Source of the DNA: Nannocystis bainbridge | GTDB lineage: Bacteria; Myxococcota_A; Polyangia; Nannocystales; Nannocystaceae | NCBI RefSeq assembly: GCF_028368995.1 | Contig: NZ_JAQNDL010000001.1 | Coordinates: 2,432,001-2,496,000, forward strand | DNA length: 64,000 nt | Direction of reading: 5' to 3' | In this document: one piece after another, positions 18,401-28,449 of the stretch | Layout of the letters: every line of letters begins with the position of its first letter | Numbering within the stretch: the stretch's first letter is position 1 | Notes under the pieces: model-generated | What the model was told of the DNA's origin: nothing | What the model saw: the letters and a program-made list of their open reading frames with translations, nothing else | Databases searched by the model: none | Program-made: the position numbers and the translations under genes

Positions 18401-19505
18401 CCGAGCCGAACCGCATGAACGGGTCGCGCCGCAGGCAGCGGTCGATGAGCCCCGCCAGGCGCGGGTCGCAGCGCGGCGCTCGCTCGAGCAGCGGCCGCGG
18501 CTCGAGCTCTTGCAGCCGCTCGGCCAGCTCGAGCGGCGTGCTCGCCTCGGTCGGCGGCCGGCCCGAGGCGAGGATGTACATCAACACCCCGAGCGCGTAG
18601 ACATCGGAGCGGCGCGACGCCGGCTCGGCGCGCCACAGCTCGGGCGCCATGTAGTGCGGCGTGCCGAGCAGCGTGCCGGCCTGCGTCAGCGACTCCGCGG
18701 TCACCGGGATGTCGGCGGCCGACAGCGCCGCCGCCGACAGGCCCGCGCTCGAGCGCCCGGCCCCCGAGTCGCCGTGGGCGCGGGGCAGCGCCGCGCTGGC
18801 GCTGGCGTCGCGCAGCTTGATCGTCTCGGCCGCGCGGTCGATGCGGCCGCCGTCGTTGCTGCGCATCACCGCCGACGCCGCCGCCTCGATCGCCTCGTCC
18901 TTGGGCGGCTCGGGCCGCACCGGGTCGAGCGACGCCGGGTCCATGAGCTTGGCCAGGCTGAAGTCGAGCAGCTTGATCTCGCCGGCCTCGGCCAGCATCG
19001 CGTTGGCGAGCTTGATGTCGCGGTGGAGCACGCCGTGGCGGTGCGCCGCCGCCAGCCCGCGGCACAGGCCAATCGCCAGCTCGAGCACCTTGCGCGACGG
19101 CAGCGGGACCTGGATCTCGTTGAGGCTCTTGCCCCGGATGTACTCGGTGATGAGGTACGGGTGACCCTCGAGCTGACCGACGCGGTAGATCGTCACCACG
19201 TTGGGGTGCTGGATGCGGGCGACCGCGCGGCCCTCGACCTGGAAGCGCTCGCGGTCGTCGGCGTCGGGCGCCACGTGGCCGACGAACTTCACCGCCACCG
19301 GCCGGTCGAGCACCGTGTCGTGGGCCAGGTAGACCCGACCCATGCTGCCCTTGCCGAGCAGGCGGACCAGCTTGTACTCGTCGAAGGTGGCCGGCGGCTC
19401 CCACTCCACGAGCGGCGTCTCGACGATCTTCGGCACCGGCCGCATCGAGCGGCCGTGCTGCGACGCCGAGGGTACCTGGCCTTTGGGACCTGGCCTCGGA
19501 TCCAT
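15498..19505 (-). CDS. Ser/Thr kinase + STAND-type (nSTAND1-like) NTPase + TM + PEGA-like + FGE-sulfatase (SUMF1) domain protein; start uncertain (19445-19685)
   Basis: LGKGSMGRVY, VAVK, HRDIK and GTPHYMAPE; NPYRGLQAF, GDSGVGKSS and LLVIDQFEE; HEVTWADY, EWERAARG and SPYGLYDTIGNAYE. Confidence 0.9.
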   Translation of the reverse strand: MDPRPGPKGQVPSASQHGRSMRPVPKIVETPLVEWEPPATFDEYKLVRLLGKGSMGRVYLAHDTVLDRPVAVKFVGHVAPDADDRERFQVEGRAVARIQHPNVVTIYRVGQLEGHPYLITEYIRGKSLNEIQVPLPSRKVLELAIGLCRGLAAAHRHGVLHRDIKLANAMLAEAGEIKLLDFSLAKLMDPASLDPVRPEPPKDEAIEAAASAVMRSNDGGRIDRAAETIKLRDASASAALPRAHGDSGAGRSSAGLSAAALSAADIPVTAESLTQAGTLLGTPHYMAPELWRAEPASRRSDVYALGVLMYILASGRPPTEASTPLELAERLQELEPRPLLERAPRCDPRLAGLIDRCLRRDPFMRFGSADDLLAALESLQPSGRELVIPEGNPYRGLQAFESKHRAVFFGRGVEIRAVLERLRADALVVVAGDSGVGKSSLVKAGVVPMVEEGNLDHHRQWASAAMTPGRYPLQTLVSTLAVLFDMSEETLSALIAESPGELVRSLRKQLGEARGRLLVIDQFEELVTLSATQEVAVVGPLLARLASGLPGLRVMATVRGDFLTRVVQVPGIGDELSRAIYILRPLSPEGAREAIVGPAKVKGVRFEPSTLVDELVEAGARGSLPLLQFALAELWELRDQATNIISPADLRKVGGVTGALARHGDAVLAELIPAQRAAARRILMRLVTVDDTRAVRTEDELTSDSPAAAEALKALVRGRLVVAREVNDDAVFEIAHEALLGGWSTLSTWLEEERDGRAVRHRLELAVTEWERLGRGRDALWSGAPLQEVVALDPASLRPKERDFIAACKTAAARVRALRRGAIVLVPAVAISMYAAMWLKGQRDLRLKVDAQVTAAEQERAVAGKARADAEALRTQALAAYDAGKQTHADGLWTRYEATLPEAELRLARSAQKLETALSLDGRRDDVRDRLGEVLLERALLAEQAGHGEFVIQDLLERLKLYDEDGARIGRWNAPAQFSVTSEPPGARVQLERYDASRARIDATETLGVTPVPARPLDRGSYRLRFELEGYAPVTLPIALAREEVADFSVVLPPTDTIPAGFVYVPAGRFLYGTGDIVDLRVSMSAEPLHSVQTGAYVIGRHEVTWADYIEFLSALPPGERAAILAINAARVLSDSARLTELAQGGWQLELHQTERVYTARTGEPLVYEGRTQRARVEWERLPVTGIGVEEAIAYFAWLDSSGRVPGARFCDEHEWERAARGADDRRFSIGQRLEASEANIDRTYGLLGSAFGPDPVGSYPQSVSPYGLYDTIGNAYEFTVSPYDHKQLNARGGGFYYNEFAGRVSNRFEIPTSFRHSTVGLRVCATWPLTRAQK

Positions 19506-19769
19506 GTTCGGAATCGCGCCGGACGCGCCTGCGTCGTGATCGCTCACCGAAAGTCCTCGGGGTTCCGGGACATCAACACCAGCGTCGCACGGCCAGCGGG
19601 GGGCCGGCAAGTCCGTGCGTATCCCACTTGGGACCGGCACAGGCCGGCTCGCGACAGTGTGTTTGCGGGGTGCAGTTTTCTGCACCCCGCAGACCCGTCA
19701 ATTCGCTTCACGGTCCGAACCCCGATCACCTCGCGGTCGAGACCCTGACCGCGACCGATCGCGCCGGCC

Positions 19770-22100
19770 TCAGGGCGCCGAGAAATCGATGCTCTGCAGC
19801 GAGTCTTCGAGCTCGATCTTCTTCTCGAGCCGCTTCGACTGCAGCTCGACGATCGTGCGCGCGAGCTTGTCGGCGTCGCGCGTGAATTCGTCGAGGCGCT
19901 TGTTCAACTTGCCGCGCAGATCGCCGGCCGCGCCGTCCTTTTTGATCGCCTCGAGGTTCTGTCGGGTCTCGTTCGCGCGCTGATCGAGCTCGGCTTTTTG
20001 GCGGGTGAGCCCGTCGATCTCGGTGTCGATGCGGCCGATCTCCTGGCGCAGGCGGCCCAGCGGCTCGAGCTTCTTGCGCGCGTTCGCGTCGAGGTTCGGC
20101 ACCCGCAGCAGCGATTCGAACAGCTGCGGCACGCGCGTGTCCCAGATCGAGATCGTCGTCTGCGACGGCGTCTGCTCGACCACCTCGACCTTGCCCTCGA
20201 CCGCGTTGCCGGTGACCTTGACCGGCACGAGGTAGGCGTCGGGCAGCTCCTCGAGCCCCTCGATCTTCGACTTGAGCGCGTAGGGCCCGCCCTGCTTCGG
20301 GTGGCGGATCAGCACCGAGTAGCCCTTCGGGTCCGGCTGGCCCTTCACCGTCCACGTCGTCGCCACCCGCTGGAAGTTCTCGACCGAGATCAGCCCGCGC
20401 ACGATCTTGACGATGCGCAGCTCGTCGCCGGTGTACTGCGCCTGCGACGACACCAGCAGCGACGGCTCGACCGCGAACGGGATCGTCGTGCTCGTCTGCG
20501 TCCCGACCGCCTCCGACAGGCCCTCGCCGACGAAGCTGCCGCCGGCGTAGATCGCGATCGGCCCCGGCTCGAGCACGAACGGGGTGGTGTTCTTGAAGCG
20601 GACCACGCGGTACGGGTTCTGCTCGTAGCCGGTGCCGGCGCCGCCCGGACGGAACAGGAACGTCTGCTCGGCCGCCACGTCCTGGTTGACGATCGCCACC
20701 ATCGTCGAGCTGCCGTCGGGCACCGTCACGCGGTCGCGCAGGTCGAAGCGCGTCAGCCCGCTGACGCTCTTGGCCCGCGCGCTCGCCTGCGTGCTGCGGC
20801 GCAGCGACTCGAGGTCCATCGCCGGCGCCTCGGCCTTCTCGACCTCGTCGTAGGCGACGTCGGGGGCCGGCTCGAAGTCGTAGCTGGGGCCGCTCGCGGC
20901 GCGGCCGCCTCCGCCGATGCTGTTCGGCCGCTGCTCCGCGCGCTTCGCCGATTTCTTGAGGTCGTCCGCCTTCTCTCGCATCGCGGGCGCCGGCGGCGGG
21001 GCCGGAGGCGGCAGGCTGCGGGCCGGGACGGCGTCGGGGCAGCCGTCCTCGTCGGTGTAGCCGTTGAACGTCTCCGGGCTGTCGGGGCACTTGTCGAGCC
21101 CGTCGGGGATCGCGTCGCCGTCGCGATCACTTCCGGCGTCGTACGAGGTCTCGCCCATCGCCACCGCGGCCCGCTTCTGCACCCCCGCCTCGGTGAGGTC
21201 GGTGCGGCCCACGGTGCGCGGCGTGTGCAGGTCGTAGCGGAACGCGATCGGTGCGCCCGAGGTCAGGCTCATCGACACCTTGCCCCAATCCTCGCCGCTG
21301 GTGTTGTCGACCACCGCCCACGCCTGCAGCAGCGCCGGGCCCTTCTCGCCCGGCTCGGGCAGGACCACCCGGTAGGTCGGCTTCCACATCGGCGCCGCCA
21401 CCACGTAGCTGACCAGCAGGTCGTGGCTGCTCGCGCCCGCGAGGCGGATCTCGACCGCGACCTGCTGGAACATCCCCTCGCCCGCGGTGGCGTCGAGCGT
21501 GCGGTGGAACTGCAGCGCCAGGTCGCCGTCCTGCAGCGTCACCCCGCGCACCTTCGACAGCCGCACCACCTGCAGCTGCTTGCCGTCGAGCAGCGAGACC
21601 TTGAAGTCGCGCGCCCCGCCCTGCGGCGCCGGCACCCGCTCCGACGACGGCGGCGGCGTCGGGTCCGGCTCGTCGATCACCGCCTCGACCAGGACGATGC
21701 GCCCGCGCAGCTTGCCCTGCGTGGTCTTCAGCGTCACGTAGGTGCCGCGCAGCGCGTCGAGCACCTGCGCCAGCGAACCTTGCCCCGGGGCCAGGGTCGA
21801 CAGCGCGGCGTTGGCCCACGACTCGGGGTCGAGCGGCATCGACACGCTGACTGCCTGCCCGCTCTTGCGGTCGACCACGGTCAGGCTCTTGAGCAGGTCG
21901 TTGATCTGGTCCTTGCGGACCTTGATCACCAGCGCCTCGCCCTTGACCTCGCCGCGGCGCTCGAAATAACCGATGCCGTTGCGATAGAGCACCACGCGGT
22001 CGAGCCCCAGCGAGCTCTCGGTGGCGGCGTAAGGGTTGCGGCCGTGGGCGCAACCGATGAAGAGGAGGGCGACGAGGGCGGACGGGGCGAGCCTGGGCAC
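19770..22100 (-). CDS. DUF4139-like lipoprotein with a thrombospondin type-3-like insert and a C-terminal coiled coil
   Basis: Lipobox FIGC, VVLYRNGIGYFER, INDLLKSL, WKPTYR, WAVVDNTSGEDW and DRDGDAIPD..DKCPD. Confidence 0.8.
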   Translation of the reverse strand: MPRLAPSALVALLFIGCAHGRNPYAATESSLGLDRVVLYRNGIGYFERRGEVKGEALVIKVRKDQINDLLKSLTVVDRKSGQAVSVSMPLDPESWANAALSTLAPGQGSLAQVLDALRGTYVTLKTTQGKLRGRIVLVEAVIDEPDPTPPPSSERVPAPQGGARDFKVSLLDGKQLQVVRLSKVRGVTLQDGDLALQFHRTLDATAGEGMFQQVAVEIRLAGASSHDLLVSYVVAAPMWKPTYRVVLPEPGEKGPALLQAWAVVDNTSGEDWGKVSMSLTSGAPIAFRYDLHTPRTVGRTDLTEAGVQKRAAVAMGETSYDAGSDRDGDAIPDGLDKCPDSPETFNGYTDEDGCPDAVPARSLPPPAPPPAPAMREKADDLKKSAKRAEQRPNSIGGGGRAASGPSYDFEPAPDVAYDEVEKAEAPAMDLESLRRSTQASARAKSVSGLTRFDLRDRVTVPDGSSTMVAIVNQDVAAEQTFLFRPGGAGTGYEQNPYRVVRFKNTTPFVLEPGPIAIYAGGSFVGEGLSEAVGTQTSTTIPFAVEPSLLVSSQAQYTGDELRIVKIVRGLISVENFQRVATTWTVKGQPDPKGYSVLIRHPKQGGPYALKSKIEGLEELPDAYLVPVKVTGNAVEGKVEVVEQTPSQTTISIWDTRVPQLFESLLRVPNLDANARKKLEPLGRLRQEIGRIDTEIDGLTRQKAELDQRANETRQNLEAIKKDGAAGDLRGKLNKRLDEFTRDADKLARTIVELQSKRLEKKIELEDSLQSIDFSAP

Positions 22101-22276
22101 GTGCGAGGGATCTCCTGCGAGGTCGACTGTAACGCCGCGAGCCCACGCCCTCTTACTCGCACGCGCGCCCGCCAAACCCCGCCGGAGGCGCGTCTTCGGC
22201 CGCTGCGCGGTTTTGCCCGCGCGGGCCGCCCCAAATGCCGCCAGGCGGTCGCACGCGGCGCCTATGGACGCCTTGA

Positions 22277-23304
<1,028 letters not shown>

Positions 23305-23310
<6 letters not shown>

Positions 23311-24297
23311 GTTCGACCCGCTCACTCCGCGCCGCACCGCCAGGACCCGCTGTCGGGCCTGTACCCGCCGATCGACCCGTTCCACTTCGGCCGGCTGCAG
23401 GTCCCGGGCGGGCACGACCTCTACTTCGAGCAGTCGGGCAACCGCGCCGGCAAGCCGGTGGTGTTCCTGCACGGCGGGCCCGGCGGCGGCACCGACCCCA
23501 AGCACCGGCGCTTCTTCGACCCGGCGCGCTACCGCATCATCCTGTTCGACCAGCGCGGCTGCGGCCAGAGCGAGCCGTTCGCCTCGCTCGAGGACAACAC
23601 CACCTGGGACCTGGTCGACGACATCGAGCGCCTGCGCGAGCACCTCGGCGTCGACCGCTGGCAGGTGTTCGGCGGCTCGTGGGGCAGCACGCTCGGGGTC
23701 GCCTACGCCGAGGCCCACCCGCACCGCGTCACCGAGCTGGTCCTGCGCGGGATCTTCATGTTCACCCGCCGCGAGTCCGATTGGTTCTACGGCCGCGGCA
23801 CCCGCAACCTGTTCCCCGACGCCTGGGAGGCCTTCGTCGCCCCGATCCCCGAGGCCGAGCGCGCCGACCTGATCGCCGCCTACTACCGCCGCCTCACCTC
23901 GAACGACCCGCGCGTCCGCGTCGAGGCCGCGCGCGCGTGGAGCCTGTGGGAGAGCCGCGTCGCCGCCCTGCACCCCGACCCCGACGTCGAGATGCACTGC
24001 GACAACACCGACTTCACCCTCGCCTTCTCGCGCATCGAGTGCCACTACTTCGTCAACAAGGGTTTTCTGAACAGCGAGACCCAGCTGCTGGACGACGCGC
24101 CGAAGATCCAGCACATCCCGACGACGATCGTGCACGGCCGCTACGACGTGATCTGCCCGCTCGAGAACGCGTGGCACCTGCACAAGCGGCTGCCCCGCTC
24201 GGAGCTGGTGATCGTGCCCGACGCCGGCCACTCGGCCTTCGAGCCCGGCATCGCCCTCAGCCTGCGTCGCGCCACCGACCGCTACTCCCAGCTGTGA
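23305..24297 (+). CDS. pip: Proline iminopeptidase (second tandem paralog)
   Basis: Same catalytic motifs as the upstream copy; ATG at 23305. Confidence 0.93.
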
Positions 24298-24319
24298 GGC
24301 CGGGCCGGGGCGGTGCGTC

Positions 24320-24385
24320 CCTCATGTCCGAGAGGACATGCCCCGTGCGCCATGCCCTTGGGGGCATGCCCCTTCGGTCATGTCC
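24320..24385. repeat. 14-bp-period palindrome array at a convergent junction
   Basis: CATG at 24323, 24337, 24351, 24365 and 24379. Confidence 0.92.
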
Positions 24386-24391
24386 TCCGGG

Positions 24392-25606
24392 TCACATCGC
24401 CGAAAGGTCGCCGCCGGCCGCCGCGGCCGCCAGCGTCAGGCGGTCGGCGCCCCAATACAGCTGCGGGCCGCGCTCGCGGGTCTGCACCACGAACGTCGGC
24501 ACCCCGAACACCCCGGCCGCCTCGGCCGCCGCGGTGCTCGTCGTCAGCGCTTGCTTGATCTCCGGCGCCGCCGCCCGGGCCACCAGCGCCGACCCGTCGA
24601 GCCCGACCGCGTCGGCGATCGCCGCGACCACGGCGGGATCGCTGATGTCGCGGTCCTCCGCCCACAGCGCCGTCGCCAGCGCGCGCACCAGCGGCGGCGG
24701 CGTGCCGGCGGCCAGCGTCACCCGCAGCGGCAGCACCGTGCGGATCGGGAACCGCTGCGGGAATTTGAACGGCAGCCCCGCGCGCGCCGCCTGGCGATCG
24801 AGGTCCTGCAGCGTGTGGCGCCGCTTCTCCGGGCTCTGCTCGAACAGCGGCACGTCGGGCGTGCCGAGGCTGCGAAACAGCCCCCCGAGCAGGATCGGTC
24901 GCCACGTCACCTGCGGGCCCAGCTCGCCCGCGCGACCGATCGCCAGGTACGCGAACGGGCTCGAGTAGTCGAAGAAGAGCTCGACCGGCGCCGTCGGCGA
25001 CGGCACGGGCATCGGCGGCGTCCCGCCGAGCGCCGCCTCGACCATGTCCGCCCGGTCCTGCCCCCAGAACAATTGGTCGCCGACGAAGTAGGTCGGCACG
25101 CCGAACACCCCGCGCGCGATCGCCTCGTCGGTGCGGCGGCGCAGCGCGTCCTTGATCTCCGGCGACTCGGCGCGGGCCAGGATCGCCGCGGCGTCGAGCC
25201 CGACCTCGGCGATCGCCCGCGCCAGCACCTCGCGGTCGGCGATGTCGGCGTTCTCGTCCCAGTACGCGCGGTAGATGCGGTGGATCAGCGGCAGTGACAG
25301 CTCCGCCGCCAGCACGCAGCGCAGCGCCTCGACCGTGCGCATCGGGTGACTCGCCGGCATGCGCAGCGGCACGCCGGCGCGCTGGGCCTGGCGGCGCATG
25401 TCGTCGAAGTTGTGGCGCGCCTTGGCCGGGTTCAGCGTCGCCGCCAGGTTCTGCGGCGTGCCGCGGGCCTTGAACACCCCGCCGAGCAGCATCGGTCGCA
25501 GGTCGAGCTCGGCGCCTGCCCTTCGGGCCAGCTGTTCGACCTGCGTCGACGCCACGTAGGCGTACGGGCACGAGAAATCGAACCAGAACTCGAGCCGCGC
25601 CCCCAT
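24392..25606 (-). CDS. Tandem two-domain DsbA-family / HCCA isomerase (GST kappa-like) protein
   Basis: FWFDFSCPYAY...GVFGVPTY..FWGQDR, then FFDYSSPFAY...GVFGVPTF..YWGADR. Confidence 0.88.
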   Translation of the reverse strand: MGARLEFWFDFSCPYAYVASTQVEQLARRAGAELDLRPMLLGGVFKARGTPQNLAATLNPAKARHNFDDMRRQAQRAGVPLRMPASHPMRTVEALRCVLAAELSLPLIHRIYRAYWDENADIADREVLARAIAEVGLDAAAILARAESPEIKDALRRRTDEAIARGVFGVPTYFVGDQLFWGQDRADMVEAALGGTPPMPVPSPTAPVELFFDYSSPFAYLAIGRAGELGPQVTWRPILLGGLFRSLGTPDVPLFEQSPEKRRHTLQDLDRQAARAGLPFKFPQRFPIRTVLPLRVTLAAGTPPPLVRALATALWAEDRDISDPAVVAAIADAVGLDGSALVARAAAPEIKQALTTSTAAAEAAGVFGVPTFVVQTRERGPQLYWGADRLTLAAAAAGGDLSAM

Positions 25607-25608
25607 CC

Positions 25609-26619
25609 CTACTTCCGCGTCCCCGTCAGCCACTCCGCCGCCTGGCGCGCGAAGTAGGTCAAGATCACGTCGGCGCCGGCGCGGCGGATGCCGAGCAGGC
25701 TCTCGAGCACCACCCGCTTCTCGTCGAGCCAGCCGCGCTCGCTCGCCGCCTTGAGCATCGCGTACTCGCCGCTGACCTGGTAGGCCGCGAGCGGCAGGCT
25801 GGTCGCGCGGCGCAGCTCGGCGAGGATGTCGAGGTACGGCCCGGCCGGCTTGACCATCAGCATGTCGGCGCCCTCGACCTCGTCGAGCTCCGCCTCGCGC
25901 AGCGCCTCGCGGGCGTTGGCGGGGTCCATCTGATACGTCTTCTTGTCGCCGCTCTTGGGCGCCGAGTCGAGCGCGTCGCGGAACGGCCCGTAGAACGCCG
26001 AGGCGTACTTGGCCGTGTAGGCGAGGATCGACACGTCGATGAAGTCCTCGCCGTCGAGCGCCTCGCGCAGCGCCTGCACGCGGCCGTCCATCATGTCCGA
26101 CGGCGCGACGATGTCCGCGCCGGCGCGGGCCTGGCACAGCGCCTGCTCGCACAGCGCCGCCACCGTCTCGTCGTTGAGGATGCGCCCGTCGGGCGCGACG
26201 ATCCCGTCGTGGCCGTCGCTGTTGTACGGGTCGAGCGCGACGTCGGTGACGATCACCAGGTCGGGCCAGCGGTCCTTCAGCGCCTTGATCGTCTCCGGGA
26301 TGAGGCCGTTCGGGTTCCACGCCTCGCGGCCGTCGGAGGTCTTGAGCGACTCCACCACCGCCGGGAACAGGGCGATGAGGTTGACCCCGACCGCGCGCGC
26401 CGCCTCGACCTCGGCCAGCAGCCCGCGGCGCGACAGCCGGGCGCACCCGGGCATCGACGCGATCGGCACGTCGTCGGCGCCGGCGTGGATGAACAGCGGG
26501 TAGATGAAGTGCTCCGGCCCCAGCGTGGTCTCGCGCAGGAACGCCCGGATCGCCGGGTGCTTGCGGTTGCGTCGCGGGCGCTGCAGCAGGTTGAGCGGGT
26601 CTCGGCGGCCTAACGTCAT
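25609..26619 (-). CDS. hemB: Porphobilinogen synthase
   Basis: RPRRNR, DVALDPYNSDGHDG, APSDMMDGRV, KYASAFYGPFRDA and AYQVSGEYAM. Confidence 0.97.
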   Translation of the reverse strand: MTLGRRDPLNLLQRPRRNRKHPAIRAFLRETTLGPEHFIYPLFIHAGADDVPIASMPGCARLSRRGLLAEVEAARAVGVNLIALFPAVVESLKTSDGREAWNPNGLIPETIKALKDRWPDLVIVTDVALDPYNSDGHDGIVAPDGRILNDETVAALCEQALCQARAGADIVAPSDMMDGRVQALREALDGEDFIDVSILAYTAKYASAFYGPFRDALDSAPKSGDKKTYQMDPANAREALREAELDEVEGADMLMVKPAGPYLDILAELRRATSLPLAAYQVSGEYAMLKAASERGWLDEKRVVLESLLGIRRAGADVILTYFARQAAEWLTGTRK

Positions 26620-26644
26620 CACATCTGTCCTTCGTGACATGTCC

Positions 26645-27076
26645 TTAGAGACACCAGTCGCCCGCGCCCTCGGGCGCCAGCTTGGCGAGCGCCTGGCGCA
26701 GCTTGTCGGCCGCCTCGTCGAGCGTGGCCGCGCTGGCGCGGGTGTCGGCGTTGGCGAAGTCGAGGTCGTGCGGCCCGTCGATCGGGACCACGTGGAGGTG
26801 CACGTGCGGCACCTCGAGCCCGGCGATCATCAAGCCCACGCGGGCCGGCGCGAACGCCAGCATCTGACCGCGGCCGATCGCCTGCGCGACCGTCGTCAGG
26901 TGGGCGGCGAGCTCGGCGTCGAGGTCGAGCCAGTGGTCGACCTCCTGCTTCGGCACCACCAGCGTGTGGCCGGGGCGCAGCGGCGCGATCGACAGGAATG
27001 CGGCGCAGCGGTCGTCCTGATAGACGAAGCGACCGGGCAGCTCGCCGTTGATGATCCGGGTGAACACGGACGGCAT
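26645..27076 (-). CDS. HIT family protein
   Basis: SVFTRIINGELP, GHTLVVPK and VPHVHLHVVP. Confidence 0.93.
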   Translation of the reverse strand: MPSVFTRIINGELPGRFVYQDDRCAAFLSIAPLRPGHTLVVPKQEVDHWLDLDAELAAHLTTVAQAIGRGQMLAFAPARVGLMIAGLEVPHVHLHVVPIDGPHDLDFANADTRASAATLDEAADKLRQALAKLAPEGAGDWCL

Positions 27077-27086
27077 GGCCGGGACT

Positions 27087-27695
27087 CTACACCGGGCGGA
27101 GGCCCTTCGGCGCGCTGACCCACTTCGACCCGGCCACGGCCAGGCGCCACGGCGCGTCGCGGTCGGCCGGCGCCGCGAAATCGATGCCGACGCGCGGCCC
27201 TGCGAGGATCTCGCCGACCGGCGGGGCGTCGAGCGCCTCGAGCCCGCCGGGCTCGGTGACGGGGTGATGCGACCAAGAAGTGTCGAGCTGCAGCGCCTGC
27301 CCGACCTTGCCCGGCCCGGTCAGCAGCGTCGGCCCCGCCGTCGTCGCCCCGCGGCGGCGCTGGATCTCCGTCAGCCCCAGCACCGGCTCCGCCGAGCGGA
27401 TCAGCACCGCCGCGCCCTCGCCCTCTTCATTGGTCGAGAGGTTGAGCATGTTGTGGATCCCGTAGCAGAGGTACACGTACGCGCGCCCCGGCGGGCCCCA
27501 CATCGCCGCGTTGCGCTCGGTCAGGCCGAAGCGACAGTGGTTGGCGCTGTCGTTCGGGTGGCGGTAGGCCTCGACCTCGGTGATGCGCACGATCACGCCG
27601 TCGCGTCGCAGCAGCTTGCCCAGCAGATCGCGCGCGACCACCAGCGCGTCGCGAGCGAAAAAAGAACGCGGCAAGATTCCTGTGTCGTCGGCCAT
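27087..27695 (-). CDS. mpg: DNA-3-methyladenine glycosylase (MPG/AAG family)
   Basis: VARDLLGK, ITEVEAY, AYVYLCYGIH, AVLIRS, GPGKV and PRVGI. Confidence 0.93.
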   Translation of the reverse strand: MADDTGILPRSFFARDALVVARDLLGKLLRRDGVIVRITEVEAYRHPNDSANHCRFGLTERNAAMWGPPGRAYVYLCYGIHNMLNLSTNEEGEGAAVLIRSAEPVLGLTEIQRRRGATTAGPTLLTGPGKVGQALQLDTSWSHHPVTEPGGLEALDAPPVGEILAGPRVGIDFAAPADRDAPWRLAVAGSKWVSAPKGLRPV

Positions 27696-27850
27696 GTGGC
27701 TCCAGCGAAGGTGGTGATCGAGTTCAGCGTAGCGTCGAACGGGCCCCGCGCGTACGACGTATTCGCGGCCTGTCGCGCCCCTGGTCGGTGTACAGCGCTT
27801 ATGGCGCGCATGGGCCGTCCGGACGTGGCATACTGTTCACCCCTCACGCG

Positions 27851-28420
27851 ATGCTGATCTATCTGTACCTGTTCGCATTCGGGCTCGGCGGCGTCCTTCT
27901 TCTCGGCTCGATCTTCATCGGCGACAAGGACGGCGGCGACAGCGACGCGAGCACGGCCGAGCACTTCGACCACGGCGTCGACGACAGCCACGGCACGCTG
28001 GCCGGGCTGTTCACCGCCTTCTTCTCGCTGCGCTTCTGGATGTTCTTCCTCGCCTTCTTCGGGCTCACCGGCCTCGTGCTCGACGGCCTCGACCTCGTCG
28101 ACAGCCCGACCGCCGCCCTCGTCGCCGCGCTGGGCATGGGCCTCCTGACCGGCCTGGGCACCGTCGCCGTGTTCCGCAACCTCTCGCACAGCGAGACCAG
28201 CACCGCCGCCAGCGCCGCCGACTACATCGGCCGCAGCGGGCGGGTGATGGTCGGCTTCGCCGCCGGCGACCTCGGCAAGGTGCGGCTCACGCTCAAGGGC
28301 ACCACCGTCGACGTCCTGGCCAGCACCGAGGAGGAGCGCGGCTTCGTCGTCGGCGACGAGGCCCTGGTCATCGCCATGAACGACACCACCGCCGTCGTCG
28401 CCCGCGTCTCGGGCGGCTGA
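27851..28420 (+). CDS. NfeD-like membrane protein
   Basis: Three TM helices plus a C-terminal OB-fold-like region; lies directly upstream of the flotillin genes. Confidence 0.8.
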   Translation: MLIYLYLFAFGLGGVLLLGSIFIGDKDGGDSDASTAEHFDHGVDDSHGTLAGLFTAFFSLRFWMFFLAFFGLTGLVLDGLDLVDSPTAALVAALGMGLLTGLGTVAVFRNLSHSETSTAASAADYIGRSGRVMVGFAAGDLGKVRLTLKGTTVDVLASTEEERGFVVGDEALVIAMNDTTAVVARVSGG

Positions 28421-28449
28421 CCGCGGCCAACCTGCCACCGGAGGACCGA

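Noticed and set aside
15504-19748. Very long antisense and alternative-frame ORFs (e.g. 15504-19748 +, 3613-6300 +, 19998-22745 +, 32946-36215 -)
   Set aside because: These are shadow ORFs of real high-GC genes; they are Arg/Ala/Gly-rich with no domain motifs.
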